A DNA stretch of 63,208 nt, the filler included, from Stramenopiles sp. TOSAG23-2 (lineage: Eukaryota): NCBI GenBank assembly GCA_900128395.1. It is 12 parts of 12 records of this genome, joined end to end, with 100 filler letters (N's around TTAATTAATTAA, not from the genome) between each part and the next. Parts side by side here need not be neighbours in the genome. Positions count along the whole stretch, not along the records: positions 33,835 to 39,357 come from LT650651.1; positions 39,458 to 44,978 come from LT650652.1; positions 45,079 to 50,597 come from LT650653.1; positions 50,698 to 56,214 come from LT650654.1; 8 more parts are not named here. One strand, written 5' to 3'. Shown here piece by piece: positions 33,735 through 50,846 of the stretch (within the stretch, counting starts at the first letter, position 1; every line of letters begins with the position of its first letter). Position numbers and translations under genes: made by a program. The notes under the pieces were generated by a model. It saw only the letters and a list, made by a program, of their open reading frames with translations. It was not told the origin of the DNA and did no database searches.

Positions 33735-34657
33735 NNNNNNNNNNNNNNNNNNNNNNNNNNNNNNNNNNNNNNNNNNNNTTAATTAATTAANNNNNNNNNN
33801 NNNNNNNNNNNNNNNNNNNNNNNNNNNNNNNNNNTTGTTAATGTTGTGATTGTATATATTGTAAACAACATAATGGATCACCTAATGCACGATAACCTGT
33901 ACCTGTAAAGCGAAGCGTGGCAATTATTGTTTGTATAAATAAAAATAAAAGTGATAATATCTATTATTATAGATGTAATTAGTTGTTCTATAGAATTATA
34001 TATGATTCTTTTTTGATATGACCGCTGTTCTTGAATTTCGTTTATATCTTAATCTATAAATGTTCATCAATCTGGCAATAAATATTATTGTGCAGAAAGA
34101 AAAAAAATATAATAGTATAAAAATTAAAGTAAAAGGAATATTGTAAATTAGCATACTACTCCAGTTCACAAATCTCCATTCAATTAGTAGTAGTAGTATA
34201 TATATACCATTAACAATCTCTTCTTTTTCCCCTTCTTTTTCCTTTTCTCTCTTTTTCTTAATTTAAATTTGACTGCACACACGAGAAGAAGTGCTGCTTA
34301 TAATATACTACCAAGTACTGAAAAAAAAACATATTATTATTATTATTAATTACACCTGTATGTATTCTAATTATTTAGTTATAATACACACATGTATTAT
34401 ATAATACATTTAGGATCTCAACAACAAAAACAACACGGAGGATGTGAAATTAATAAGAATCAACAACTACATCGATCGTTCTGTTTTTATTATTATTATT
34501 ACACATTTACTTGGAAGACAACCATTGACGTTTCATTTCATTCGCATTGTATATATATATAATACATTAATTTGTCCATACTCCGTATATATATAATTTA
34601 GCATAATATATTTTTTAATAATCCACAAACAACGGTGCAAATTACATACATAGCATC

Positions 34658-36055
34658 ATGAGTCAACAACAACAACAACAACAGCAGCAGCAATATTATA
34701 GTTCACGAAATGATATAAAAGTTACGATACCTACATTAGAAATGCAAAACGATGGCCCAAAATCGAAATTGTATATTGCATATTTTGTAGAAGTAAATAA
34801 AGATAATGATGTTTGGCGTGTACCACGACGTTTCCAAGATTTTAGAACATTACATAAAATATTAAAAAGTCAATATCCATCTGTTGCAAAGGATTTACCT
34901 GCTTTACCAAGTAGAGGTTTAAAAGGAGCTTTTTCTAACAAATTTGATCCAAAGTTCACTTTAGAAAGAAGGCAATTACTAGAAGTATATATATGCCAAG
35001 TATTGGATCAATTGAATGTCGAAAATTGTGCAGAAATAGATGATTTTTTAGAATATTCAGAGCATATGATATATTTTAGTATTAATAAACTTGGTGCATT
35101 GGATGGTGTACAAGATATTATTGAAAATTTAAAACATGTATCAGAAACAGATACTCAAGTAGCAGCCTTTCATAATGTAAATAATAATAACAAGATGTCA
35201 TCAAATATGAATAATGATGATGAATATGATGATGGGATGACAAATGTAAATAATGATAATGACAACAACAACAACAACAACAATAACGTAAATAATGACA
35301 ACAACAATACCACAACGGGAAGATTAAGAAAAGGTAGCTTAATGAGACGAAATAATTCAAGTGAAATTGAAAGTGTATTAGAAGATACTGCGAAAAAAAT
35401 AAGATTGACAATGGAACACATGGATTCCATGCGGGAAGATATGCAAGCTGGAATCCATACAAAGACAACAGTATTAGAAATGTTAAAGTCACAATTAGAA
35501 TCAGAGCAAGATAAATCACGTATCATGCGAGTTTCACAAACAAAAGATCGAAATGTTAGTGAAACTAAATTGCAAGAAGTACAAGTACGAATTAAACGAT
35601 TACAAACAGAGAAAAAATTATTAGTTGGTGAAATTAAATCGTTAAAGAAGAAATCAATACAATTACTACAAGACAAAGAACGTTATAAAAATGATTATGT
35701 AAATAAATCGAAGGAAATGAATACCTTAGAACATAATATTAAAAAAGATAGAAAAAATAATTCCAGTAATTTCAACAAAACTGAATCTGAACGCATGATA
35801 TTAAATATCAAATCATGGATTGACCGATTAAAAAGTATGAAAAATATTAAAGATTTACAATCTACATATTCTAATGTTGATGAAGTAAATCAATTACAAT
35901 TATATACAAATAATATCAACCAGTGGATAGCAAATGGTTTTAATTTAAAAACAAATAATGCACATGAATTATTGGGGCAAAAATTAGAAGATTTATTAGG
36001 TGATAATTTAAATATTCGAACAAGTTTGTATAATGAACGTTTGAAGATGGTTTAG
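34658..36055 (+). CDS. PX domain + coiled-coil protein (sorting-nexin-like)
   Basis: WRVPRRFQDFRTLH...LPALPSR...ERRQLLEVYI; poly-Q/N tracts; C-terminal coiled coil. Confidence 0.85.
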   Translation: MSQQQQQQQQQQYYSSRNDIKVTIPTLEMQNDGPKSKLYIAYFVEVNKDNDVWRVPRRFQDFRTLHKILKSQYPSVAKDLPALPSRGLKGAFSNKFDPKFTLERRQLLEVYICQVLDQLNVENCAEIDDFLEYSEHMIYFSINKLGALDGVQDIIENLKHVSETDTQVAAFHNVNNNNKMSSNMNNDDEYDDGMTNVNNDNDNNNNNNNNVNNDNNNTTTGRLRKGSLMRRNNSSEIESVLEDTAKKIRLTMEHMDSMREDMQAGIHTKTTVLEMLKSQLESEQDKSRIMRVSQTKDRNVSETKLQEVQVRIKRLQTEKKLLVGEIKSLKKKSIQLLQDKERYKNDYVNKSKEMNTLEHNIKKDRKNNSSNFNKTESERMILNIKSWIDRLKSMKNIKDLQSTYSNVDEVNQLQLYTNNINQWIANGFNLKTNNAHELLGQKLEDLLGDNLNIRTSLYNERLKMV

Positions 36056-36230
36056 CATTTTCAACGAATATGAAATATATATGTGCGGAGTGAAGGATAA
36101 TACATAGAAAAAGCATATCTAGAGAGAGTATACGCGTAGCAGCTTTTTTAATTTTTTACACGACGGTTTAGGTTCGCGTGTGCGTTCGTACTAATACGAG
36201 TATATTTACAGAGAGAGAAAATTCTTTGTT

Positions 36231-38264
36231 TTAAAAGTGCTTCTTAAAATTTCGCTGATTTTTTCTTTGATTTTTTTTCTTTTTATCCACTCTCCGTTTA
36301 TTTAATTGTTCTTTCTTTTTTTTTAATTTCTTTTCAGCTAATTTTTCACGCTCTTCACTGTTCATAGATCGACGATTTGTGAAATGTTTATTACTATGCT
36401 TGGTTCTTCCTGTTTCGTTATTATTATTATTATTATTATCCTCATCACCATCATGTTCCCGTTTCATTAATTTATTTAAATATTCATCCTTTTGATTCAC
36501 ACCAAACATTTTTGCCAACATTTTAACAAACTGAAATCCGTTCTCATCACAATTATTGTACATTTTTTTTAATTCACGACGCAAAATTGTAAATACATTC
36601 TCTTGACTACGATTCTGCTTTGCCCAATCATCACGATTATAGCCTTTAGTATTTATAATTTTTCTCATTATTTCTACATCTTCGTTCCTTGCACCTGATC
36701 GATCGATCGATCTCTCATTGAAAATGTCTATCAGCATATAGAATAAAACATTATTGCCATTACGATCAGTTGGATTTTCTATTACACATAATGGATAATT
36801 TTCAATTAAAAGGGTGAGATGATGTAATCGACGCAATGGACTTAATGCAAAGGATATGATGAATGGAACAATTCCAGCATTTGAATAATTTAAATAAAGC
36901 GCAATTTCTTTTTGTGACAACATTTGATGCATTTCGAATTGACGACAATATTGAAGAACTAATTCGAATATTTGGTGAAAATATTCCTTCCATTCGTCTG
37001 TAAGTAAAGTTGCAGAATTTTTATATTCACGGTATTCAAATTCGAAACCCTCTCGCTTGTATTTTTTAATTGGATTAGAAACCTTGAAATCTAAAGGATT
37101 CTTCCAATGTTTATATAAACATGATAATAAATGTATATTACCACCACAATATGGATCAATTGTAGATTGGCAACGACTAAATAGTAAATTGAAGATATCG
37201 TATTGGCGATACACACAAGCACATTTAATGGCTGTATTGTAATAGATACTAGCTTTTGTGACGAAATTAACATCAATATTTTTTTGTAACAATAAAATTT
37301 CCATCATCTCAAAACGACCATAAATAGCACACATCATCAATGGAGTATAGCATTCATAATGTACAGGTAGATTTACATCGATATCTTTGTGCTGTAATAA
37401 TAATTTAAAACACTTCATACGATTATGTTGAATAGCAATATGTAATGCAGCCCCATTAATGGAGCCCCGTATTATGTTTTCTTTTGATATTTCAAAATTT
37501 ACATTTAATTCATTCATTTTAAAAAGTATTTGAAGAATATGTACATGGCCAAGTGCCGTTGCAAGTTGTAATGCAGTATATGATGGTTGTAATAATATTC
37601 CTTCAAAGTGTTTTAAATGTTTGAGATTAGTGGTAAATAGAGTCACCTTATTTATTTTTCTAACACGTGGTTTTCCATATAAAAATGCTTTTATAACAAT
37701 TGGTTTATTCCAATATATTCCAGCCAATAAAATTGTTGTTGGGAGAATTCTCTTTCCACGTACTTTTTTTAATGGACCATGTGTATGAATCTTTAGTTGA
37801 GCTAATGATTTGGAATGATTCAATTGAAGCAATTTTTTTAAACAAATACCTGCACTACATTTCACTAATCTTTTTCTACCAATTTTGCATATACGTTTAG
37901 AACGAATTAAAATATTGTTCCATGCGTCAAGATAGGTAATGTGGGGAAAATTTATGCTGTGAATTTTATCAGCAGCATAATTACCGCTAATTGCTAAATC
38001 ATTTGCTAATTCCTTTTCAACAAAATTATCATATTCTAAAAATGAGTTAATAATGCGTACTAAAGGCAATTTTCCAAGCACAGGATGTTGTATTAATGTT
38101 AATGATTGTGCTAATGTATTCACAGATCCATCATCATTAGCACCAATCATGATGGTATTATCAGCATCATTGTCTTCGTCATGACTAAGTGAACGTACTA
38201 ATAATAATTTACCTTCCTTTGATAATTGCCGTTTTAATGTTAGTGGCAACAAATTATCATTCAT
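36231..38264 (-). CDS. Ankyrin-repeat protein
   Basis: TALQLATALGH, AALHIAIQHN, TPLMMCAIYG and DIDVN repeats; basic C-terminal tail. Confidence 0.8.
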   Translation of the reverse strand: MNDNLLPLTLKRQLSKEGKLLLVRSLSHDEDNDADNTIMIGANDDGSVNTLAQSLTLIQHPVLGKLPLVRIINSFLEYDNFVEKELANDLAISGNYAADKIHSINFPHITYLDAWNNILIRSKRICKIGRKRLVKCSAGICLKKLLQLNHSKSLAQLKIHTHGPLKKVRGKRILPTTILLAGIYWNKPIVIKAFLYGKPRVRKINKVTLFTTNLKHLKHFEGILLQPSYTALQLATALGHVHILQILFKMNELNVNFEISKENIIRGSINGAALHIAIQHNRMKCFKLLLQHKDIDVNLPVHYECYTPLMMCAIYGRFEMMEILLLQKNIDVNFVTKASIYYNTAIKCACVYRQYDIFNLLFSRCQSTIDPYCGGNIHLLSCLYKHWKNPLDFKVSNPIKKYKREGFEFEYREYKNSATLLTDEWKEYFHQIFELVLQYCRQFEMHQMLSQKEIALYLNYSNAGIVPFIISFALSPLRRLHHLTLLIENYPLCVIENPTDRNGNNVLFYMLIDIFNERSIDRSGARNEDVEIMRKIINTKGYNRDDWAKQNRSQENVFTILRRELKKMYNNCDENGFQFVKMLAKMFGVNQKDEYLNKLMKREHDGDEDNNNNNNNETGRTKHSNKHFTNRRSMNSEEREKLAEKKLKKKKEQLNKRRVDKKKKNQRKNQRNFKKHF

Positions 38265-38613
38265 TTTGTTTAAAAATATTTTTTGATTTTTTTATTAAAT
38301 ATTCGTTTGATCTATATTATTATTATATTTATCCCTTTACGAATTCGTTCTCTCTCTTTCTTCCTATATCCTTGCTTCTCTTCCGTTTCAGACTTTTTTT
38401 TCTTTTGTTGTTTCTCTCTTCACATATAGCAGCTTATATCTTTTCTTTTTCTATATTCAGTTTTTTTGTGCATGTAATGAGAAATAATGTTGTTGTTTAT
38501 GCCATTATGTGGGTGTATTATGTCAAATAATTATAAATAAAATTACTTATAAAATAATACTATTTCCCTGCTATTGCTTCGCATTAAGGTATAATATATA
38601 TTAATTTTATTAA

Positions 38614-39357
38614 TTACACACACTCTGCTTCTTCAAGCCTTTTTGCTAATGTACCCATTGTTGTATTATCATTATTATTACTGACACCATCATTGGTCTT
38701 ACTAATTGACTGTACTTGATATTGCAAACATTCATCTGGTACAAATCGTTCTGGTAATAATTTTCTGACTGCAATATAATGTTCTGTCATTTTCGTTATC
38801 AATGTCATTTGACCACGTCCACCATCACCATTTGATAATAATGTATGTTCTTTTTCGATTTCATTTTTAATGGTAACTAATACATGTGCTAAACCACGGA
38901 CTTCACGTACAGGCACAGATTTCTTACCACTTTCTTTCCCTTTAACCATATTGTACAATGTCGGTGCTATACTACATAATAATTCCTTTGCTTTAATTTC
39001 CATCCTCATGTTTTTCATGGTTTGCAATAATTCTCCACGATGACGACTTTGATTATTCATAAACCATGTTTTGAAATGAGTTGTTTCCACAAATTTATCA
39101 TATAAACGCAAAAATTTACTTTTCATACCAACCATTTTAAATGCATTAGGCATACCGGATTGTTTTAAATACTTTAAAAAGCTTTTCTTTTCAAAACTTG
39201 GTAGATTTAAACATTCAACACTATATGGACCGAAGCCAACAAGTGCAATTCCATCCGTTCCATCTACATTCAATTGCGAACTTTTATTATTATTATTATT
39301 GTTGTTATTATTATTACCAGTCTGCGCACCAAAATCAATACCAAAATATCTTTCAAA
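38614..39357 (-). CDS. DENND6/FAM116-like protein, C-terminal fragment (tentative)
   Basis: LPSFEKKSFLKYLKQSG...LRLYDKFVETTHFKTWF resembles the DENND6 C-terminal segment; truncated at the linker. Confidence 0.55.
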   Translation of the reverse strand, partial: FERYFGIDFGAQTGNNNNNNNNNNKSSQLNVDGTDGIALVGFGPYSVECLNLPSFEKKSFLKYLKQSGMPNAFKMVGMKSKFLRLYDKFVETTHFKTWFMNNQSRHRGELLQTMKNMRMEIKAKELLCSIAPTLYNMVKGKESGKKSVPVREVRGLAHVLVTIKNEIEKEHTLLSNGDGGRGQMTLITKMTEHYIAVRKLLPERFVPDECLQYQVQSISKTNDGVSNNNDNTTMGTLAKRLEEAECV

Positions 39358-39829
39358 NNNNNNNNNNNNNNNNNNNNNNNNNNNNNNNNNNNNNNNNNNN
39401 NTTAATTAATTAANNNNNNNNNNNNNNNNNNNNNNNNNNNNNNNNNNNNNNNNNNNNGAGGGGAGTGGGCGTCGTGTTTTTCCAGGTGGCCCATGTTGAT
39501 CGCAAACTATTTGTATATCATATTTGAATGAACCCGACGTTCAGCCCGTTTGACGAACGAACATGGAAGTATAGAAACCTATACTTGTACTTCTAGAGTC
39601 ATTAGAGTGCAGATACATGCATTAGAGCTTTACCACTTGTTAGTTCGTAAGGGGATCGTATTACATCTCTGAGATAGAGCGAGTAATATTGAGCATACGA
39701 TAGTATTTATCACGGAAAGTAAAATTATTATTTCGTACGAGTCGTATTTATAAATATTATAATGATACACAGTTATCTATTTTTTATATATTTTAAAATA
39801 ATCTTCTACAAACCGTAGTCTCACCTTCA

Positions 39830-44978
<5,149 letters not shown>

Positions 44979-45189
44979 NNNNNNNNNNNNNNNNNNNNNN
45001 NNNNNNNNNNNNNNNNNNNNNNTTAATTAATTAANNNNNNNNNNNNNNNNNNNNNNNNNNNNNNNNNNNNNNNNNNNNATGACTAATACGACGTGTTTCC
45101 AATATATATGCATTTGTATTATAAAACAATACAGATGCTTGATTGAATTCATCCACTGTTATACTTTTTAAAGTAGAATCAAAATGATC

Positions 45190-45579
45190 TTTCACTTCTT
45201 TTGTTGTATTTATGATTTTAAATTTATTTATTGGTGTGATAACAACTAGTATGAATGAAGCAAAGGAAGAATTATTAAATGAAGCAAAAGAAGCTGAAAA
45301 AGAAGATAAGGAAGAAGATAAACATTTAAATGAACAACAAAGCTATATGCAAGCAAGATTGTTGCAAATAGAAGAAATCATACATACAATGGCAGAGGAA
45401 TTTCAAGAATTAATATGCAAGCAAGATTGTTGCAAATAGAAGAAATCATACATACAATGGCAGAGGAATTTCAAGAATTAGCAATGAAAGAAAAAGAACG
45501 TGTTTCAACTGAAGTTATTTTTTTATCCAATAGAGTAAAACGGAACGATGAGAATGGTGGTGGTGATGATGATACTTAA
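45190..45579 (+). CDS. C-terminal fragment (S6 helix and coiled-coil tail) of a voltage-gated cation channel; interrupted by a 68-bp tandem duplication
   Basis: FVVFMILNLFIGVITTSMNEAK is a typical NaV/CaV/CatSper S6. Removing one copy of 45345-45412/45413-45480 restores the frame to TAA at 45579. Confidence 0.7.
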
Positions 45580-46095
45580 TTCAACACAAAAAAAAGAAGT
45601 AAAAAATAAATATAATATATTAGCATTACTAGCTTGATGAGATAGAATCCTCGCAATAATTTTAATATATCTAGGTTAATACTTTCCGTAATATTTTTAC
45701 TTCAAGTTCACAAACAAAAATAAAAATGCCTCTCCACATAAATAAATAATATTTTTTATTATGCACTTATGATTTATTTATTATAAAATAATATAAGGTG
45801 TTTTTTTAATTTCCTCTTTCAAGTATAAATTATGGTCCTTCTTTAATAGGCAAATTTGATATTTTATAATACGAAAAAATATAGAAAAAATTATTATTAA
45901 TTTTTTAATTTTTTTGAATTTTAATGTATCTATGTATATATATATATAATACACACAAAAGGATAGATAGAAGGTTGAAATAATCATTCAAAATAAACAA
46001 CAAATACATTTTGATCTCCCTTATCTCGCTCTCTCTCTGTCTCTTTTTAATTATATTTTTTTTAAGTCGTACGGAATACTTATATATTACAAAGT

Positions 46096-47037
46096 ATGTC
46101 TTCTTCTAGTGACTCAGATGATGACGTACCACTATCACAATTAAAGAAAAGTTTAACACCAGGGAAAACGAAGAAGAAACAAACACCAGCAAAAAAGAAG
46201 AAAACACCAGCAAAAAAGAAGAAAACACCAGCAAAAAAGAAAGCACCTGCGAAAAAGAAAAAAACACCAGCGAAGAAAAAGAAAGTAGAAAGTTCATCTG
46301 AGGAAGAATCGGAATCAGAATATGAGGAAGAATCGGAGTCGGAAGAATCATCATCAGACGAGGATTCTTCTGATGATGAAATTTCCTTAGCGGACTTAAA
46401 GAAGAAAATGAAGAAAACAGCAGCAGCTAAGAAGAAAAAAAAGGCAGCGGCAAGCAAAAAGCGTAGTAGAAGCAAAAAACCAGCGAAGAGAAAAAAGAAG
46501 AAGAAATCGAATACAAACAAAGCGAAAAGTACTTCAACTGGTATTTTAGGAACTACACTTATAAGTACATATAAAGATGCTGATGGTGCTAGACAGACAG
46601 TTAAACTTAATAGGTTGACAAAACAACAAATAGTTACAGGTGTTTTGTGCAGATGGCGGTACGCTTTTGATTGGCCTACGGCTGAAAACTTGGAACAAGC
46701 AAGGAATGAAATGGAAGATACCAAGAATTACAGGGAAATGGCTGGAATGCCTGGCGTATTTATTTGTATTTTAGGTGAAGATACAGGAAAGATCATTGAT
46801 AAACGTGATTTTAAAAAAGGGATTGTACCATCCGTATCAAGTTTAATGAAACGACCAAGTGGTGAATTGCTTGATTTATGGATCAAAGCATTGAATGGAC
46901 AAATCAAAGCATTGGAAGAAAGTGAAGCGGAAGATAATCCAAAATTATTGGAAGCATTAAATAAAGAATTGAAAAATGTAACAGGTGCAAACAGAGAAAA
47001 AATTGAAAATGCATGTGTAAGGCAAAAAACATCGTGA
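46096..47037 (+). CDS. Probable nuclear protein with TPAKKK repeats, an acidic tract and a globular C-terminal domain of unknown function
   Basis: DDVPL motif, histone-H1-like TPAKKK repeats, and LCRWRYAFDWP...GMPGVFI. Confidence 0.7.
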   Translation: MSSSSDSDDDVPLSQLKKSLTPGKTKKKQTPAKKKKTPAKKKKTPAKKKAPAKKKKTPAKKKKVESSSEEESESEYEEESESEESSSDEDSSDDEISLADLKKKMKKTAAAKKKKKAAASKKRSRSKKPAKRKKKKKSNTNKAKSTSTGILGTTLISTYKDADGARQTVKLNRLTKQQIVTGVLCRWRYAFDWPTAENLEQARNEMEDTKNYREMAGMPGVFICILGEDTGKIIDKRDFKKGIVPSVSSLMKRPSGELLDLWIKALNGQIKALEESEAEDNPKLLEALNKELKNVTGANREKIENACVRQKTS

Positions 47038-47525
47038 ACATACATATATATATAATTATATATATATGATATAATGATTTAATATCGTATCAATAAATAC
47101 TTTTAAAATATAAAAAATGGAGGCGGGAAGACAATCGATCGTATTGTAAAAAGAAAAAGATATATCGTTTTTAGATTACACACTTTAAAATTAAAACAAA
47201 ACATGTGTGGAAAGAGAGAAAGGAATACACCACACATACATCTAGAGATTACATCTTGACCTTGTGTACATTACAAAAAGATTGTGTTCTATAAAACATA
47301 TATGTCTGTTTTATTTTATAATTCTATAGAGTGTTTTGCTCTAGTATAGTTGTGATTATATTTGTATTTAATTCCATTTTTACCTCTCTTCTCGTCCCTT
47401 TTTTTACGTTCCATTTGACTTTGTAAGGACCAACAATTGAACTAATATACTAAGAAAAGTATAATAGTAGACGACATACACATACAGAAATATATATATA
47501 TAGAAATACATATATAAACCAAAAT

Positions 47526-48839
47526 ATGGCATCTACAACTACGAACGATGACACGGACGCACCACGCTGTCCTATTACGGGAATCGCACGTATACGTACT
47601 GGGGAAACGTTGGATATGAATAATAATAACAATGATAATAATAATAATAATATTGACGGAACAACAACACCAACTAAAAATGGGGAGAAAACAAATGGAG
47701 TTGTGGAAACACCAGTATTACCTGGACGTGGTGGAAAGCCTGTTTATTACCACTCGTATTTGCAATTGGACAAAGTGTTAAATGCACAACAAACCATGAG
47801 CGGCCTTGCTGGCGTAGGCGATGGAAAAGGTGCTCATGATGAACATTTATTTATTGTAATACATCAAGTATATGAATTATGGTTTAAGCAAATTTTACAC
47901 GAATTAAATGATGTTGTGAAAATATTCTCACAGCCAGAAGTACGCGATCCACAGATGGGAACGGTTATACATCGTTTACGACGCTGTACTGAAATTCAAC
48001 GGGTATTGGTAGATCAATTGACGGTCTTGGAAACCATGACACCACTTGATTTCTTGGATTTTAGAGACTATTTATTTCCTGCCTCTGGTTTTCAAAGCAT
48101 GCAATTTCGTAAAATTGAAAATATACTTGGATTAAATCCAAATACACGTATGCGTTATAGTGGCAAACATTATTGCGCATATTTAAAAGAAGATCATGCA
48201 GATACGATCAAAGAGTTGGAGAAACAGAAATCATTGTTTGATTTAGTAGAAAAATGGTTGGAACGTACACCATTTTTAGTAGTGGATGAATATGATTTCT
48301 GGGCAAATTATTCAAAAGCAATTAAAGTGATGTTAAATCGAGATCGTGAAGTAATTGAAAAACAAGCAAAGGAATTAGGTTTATCAGATGAGCAAAAAAA
48401 TGAACAATTAGCTAGTATTGATGTGACTGCAAAGCATTATCAATCTTTGTTAAATGAAGAGGAATATGAAAAATTACGTAAACGTGGTGATCGTAGGTTA
48501 TCCTTTGGTGCAATGAAAGCTGCTTTATTAATAACATTGTATCAAGATGAACCAATGTTGCATTTGCCATTTCAAGTATTGCAATTACTTATGGATATTG
48601 ATGAATATTTTACAAATTGGAGATATCGCCATGCATTGATGGTGCATCGTATGATTGGTATTAAATTAGGAACTGGTGGTTCCAGTGGATATGCATATTT
48701 ACGTGCAACTGCGCAACGGCATAAGATATTTGGTGATTTATTTAATTTATCAACGTTCATTATACCACGTTCATTTTTACCACCATTGCCACAAAATTTG
48801 AAAAGGCGATTAAGTTTTGCTGGTACATTGACTGGATAA
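47526..48839 (+). CDS. TDO2: Tryptophan 2,3-dioxygenase
   Basis: YLQLDKVLNAQ, HDEHLFIVIHQVYELWFKQ, LETMTPLDF, PASGFQSMQFR, WRYRH..MVHRMIG.KLGTGGSSG. Confidence 0.97.
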   Translation: MASTTTNDDTDAPRCPITGIARIRTGETLDMNNNNNDNNNNNIDGTTTPTKNGEKTNGVVETPVLPGRGGKPVYYHSYLQLDKVLNAQQTMSGLAGVGDGKGAHDEHLFIVIHQVYELWFKQILHELNDVVKIFSQPEVRDPQMGTVIHRLRRCTEIQRVLVDQLTVLETMTPLDFLDFRDYLFPASGFQSMQFRKIENILGLNPNTRMRYSGKHYCAYLKEDHADTIKELEKQKSLFDLVEKWLERTPFLVVDEYDFWANYSKAIKVMLNRDREVIEKQAKELGLSDEQKNEQLASIDVTAKHYQSLLNEEEYEKLRKRGDRRLSFGAMKAALLITLYQDEPMLHLPFQVLQLLMDIDEYFTNWRYRHALMVHRMIGIKLGTGGSSGYAYLRATAQRHKIFGDLFNLSTFIIPRSFLPPLPQNLKRRLSFAGTLTG

Positions 48840-49006
48840 AACAAAATACTTACAACATCATGCGTTCGTAGAGGTAGTATGATAATAATGTGATGAGGAG
48901 AAGGTGTATAATGATGTGGTTTTTATATTAATTATATATAAATACTTTTATTATTTTTATTTCTCACACCAAAATAGAGTTTAAATACGCATATTTTATA
49001 CGTCTT

Positions 49007-49189
49007 CTACTTCTCTTTTTTATCTTCTTTTTTCACGGTACGTACTGGTCTTAAACCTCTATCTAAATTATCTGGTGCAGTCAAATCTGCAACTGTTAAA
49101 TATGTAACTACGATAAATACAATGAGTGTAATACTCCACATAATGATTCGTTCAGTAGTAAACTCAATATCATTGAAAAAATTAGACAT
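49007..49189 (-). CDS. Small single-pass membrane protein
   Basis: MSNFF... with one TM helix (IIMWSITLIVFIVVTYLTV) and a charged tail. Confidence 0.5.
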   Translation of the reverse strand: MSNFFNDIEFTTERIIMWSITLIVFIVVTYLTVADLTAPDNLDRGLRPVRTVKKEDKKEK

Positions 49190-49491
49190 GTTGTTGTTGT
49201 TTACAAAATTGTTTAAAAACAAAAAAATACTATATATATATATATATATATGAAGTAGTAACTGATTAAATATCTAACACTAGATAAATGAATGTGCGCT
49301 TTAATGTCTATTTGAATGTAAATGGTTTTCTCTTTTCTACATATTCTACTACTGGTGTTGGATGAAAATCACTCTCTCGTATATATATATATATGATTGA
49401 AGAATGTTCCTTTTGATGAGAGGAATTTTCTCTCTGGAAGAATTTTTGATGAAGAATTTGTGGTATGGGCGGGTATTTTAAGGTTTAAATA

Positions 49492-50449
49492 TTGCTATTC
49501 CATTTTGAAGCACAGAGCTGCCAACGTTAGCACATTTTGACGTTAGGATGTTGCTTTTTCCAAATGGAGTTGTTGGTTGTTAGCAAACGACCCCCATGAT
49601 ATTTACCTGTATTATTTTTAAACGACCCCAAACAACCCCAAACGACCCTTAATAGAAATAGCAGGTACGACCCCTAACCTCCAAAACGGAAATTCCAGAA
49701 AAAATTGAAAAATATCTAAAACCTTAAAACATTTCCACATAATTAATTTATTCATAGTTATAAAATCATTTTCATGAAAAGATATTTTTTTTATATTTGG
49801 ATTAAAATAGCACTAAGATCATATAAATTATTTTGCGATTTTTACATAAGGTAAAGATCTCTAAAATTTTACTTTACATATTAGTATACAAATATAAGGT
49901 GGATTTATAAAACGACCCCACATAGGGGAGAAAAATAGCCGAATTTGGTCAATTAAAATACGTTTTACCTTTTGCCAAAAATTTACCTTACATACTCAGG
50001 GGTTATTAGGGGTCGTTAGGGGTCGTTAGGGGTCGTTGTGGGTCGTTGCTTTTTGGCACTTTGAACGTTAACTAACGTTAGCTAACGTTGGCAGCTCTGT
50101 TGAAGCAAGACATTGAGTGTTGAAGATTTGACCTTAAAAGTCTCCGGGGAAAAAAAAGTGTCCGAAATTTTAAAAAAGTGATATAGGAATATTAAACTGT
50201 TTATACTTAGTAGAATAACACAATTATTTTTCTTTTTGCAATATATTATTTATTTAGGTTAGGCTTTAGCTTAGTAGTATTATGATAAAATATATTAGTA
50301 AAGAAAAATAATTTTGTTATTCTACTAAGTATAAACACTTTAATATTCCTATATCACTTTTTTAAATTTCGGACACTTTTTTTTTTCCCGGAGACTTTTT
50401 AAGGTCAAATGTTCAACACTCAATGTCTTGCTTCAAAATGGAACGACAA
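49492..50449. mobile_element. Foldback/MITE with ~160-bp arms, flanked by TA; left arm split by a nested MITE
   Basis: 49492-49512 plus 50108-~50247 is the reverse complement of ~50290-50449, around a ~40-bp spacer. Confidence 0.75.
49513..50099. mobile_element. hAT-type non-autonomous element (587 bp)
   Basis: Perfect 19-bp TIR CAGAGCTGCCAACGTTAGC; 8-bp TSD TTGAAGCA at 49505-49512 and 50100-50107; subterminal AACGACCCC arrays in inverted orientation. Confidence 0.9.
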
Positions 50450-50846
50450 TACAACATGATGGAAATACCAAATTATTACAAGTACCTCAAGCATCAGAGA
50501 GCAATTGAAAAGAGTTGTATTATATATATATATACATTGTGATGGACAAGAAAACATAGTCAACAGAGATACATGAGTGTGGATTGAAGGACAGATTNNN
50601 NNNNNNNNNNNNNNNNNNNNNNNNNNNNNNNNNNNNNNNNNTTAATTAATTAANNNNNNNNNNNNNNNNNNNNNNNNNNNNNNNNNNNNNNNNNNNNTAT
50701 TAGGTAGATATCATATTTAAATTGGATCTTTGTCCAATTGAAACAAATATATCAAGCCCACTTATTGTATTTCCATATAATCACATATCGTGTTAAATAT
50801 CAAACAACAAACCATCTTGTACATACAATCACATTCATCCCATGAT

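Noticed and set aside
45345-45480. Perfect 68-bp tandem duplication causing a frameshift
   Set aside because: Identical copies and a clean frame on removal point to an assembly artefact.
50000-50048. Telomere-like TTAGGGG repeats
   Set aside because: The unit is the 10-mer TTAGGGGTCG, the inverse of the AACGACCCC subterminal motif of the hAT element.
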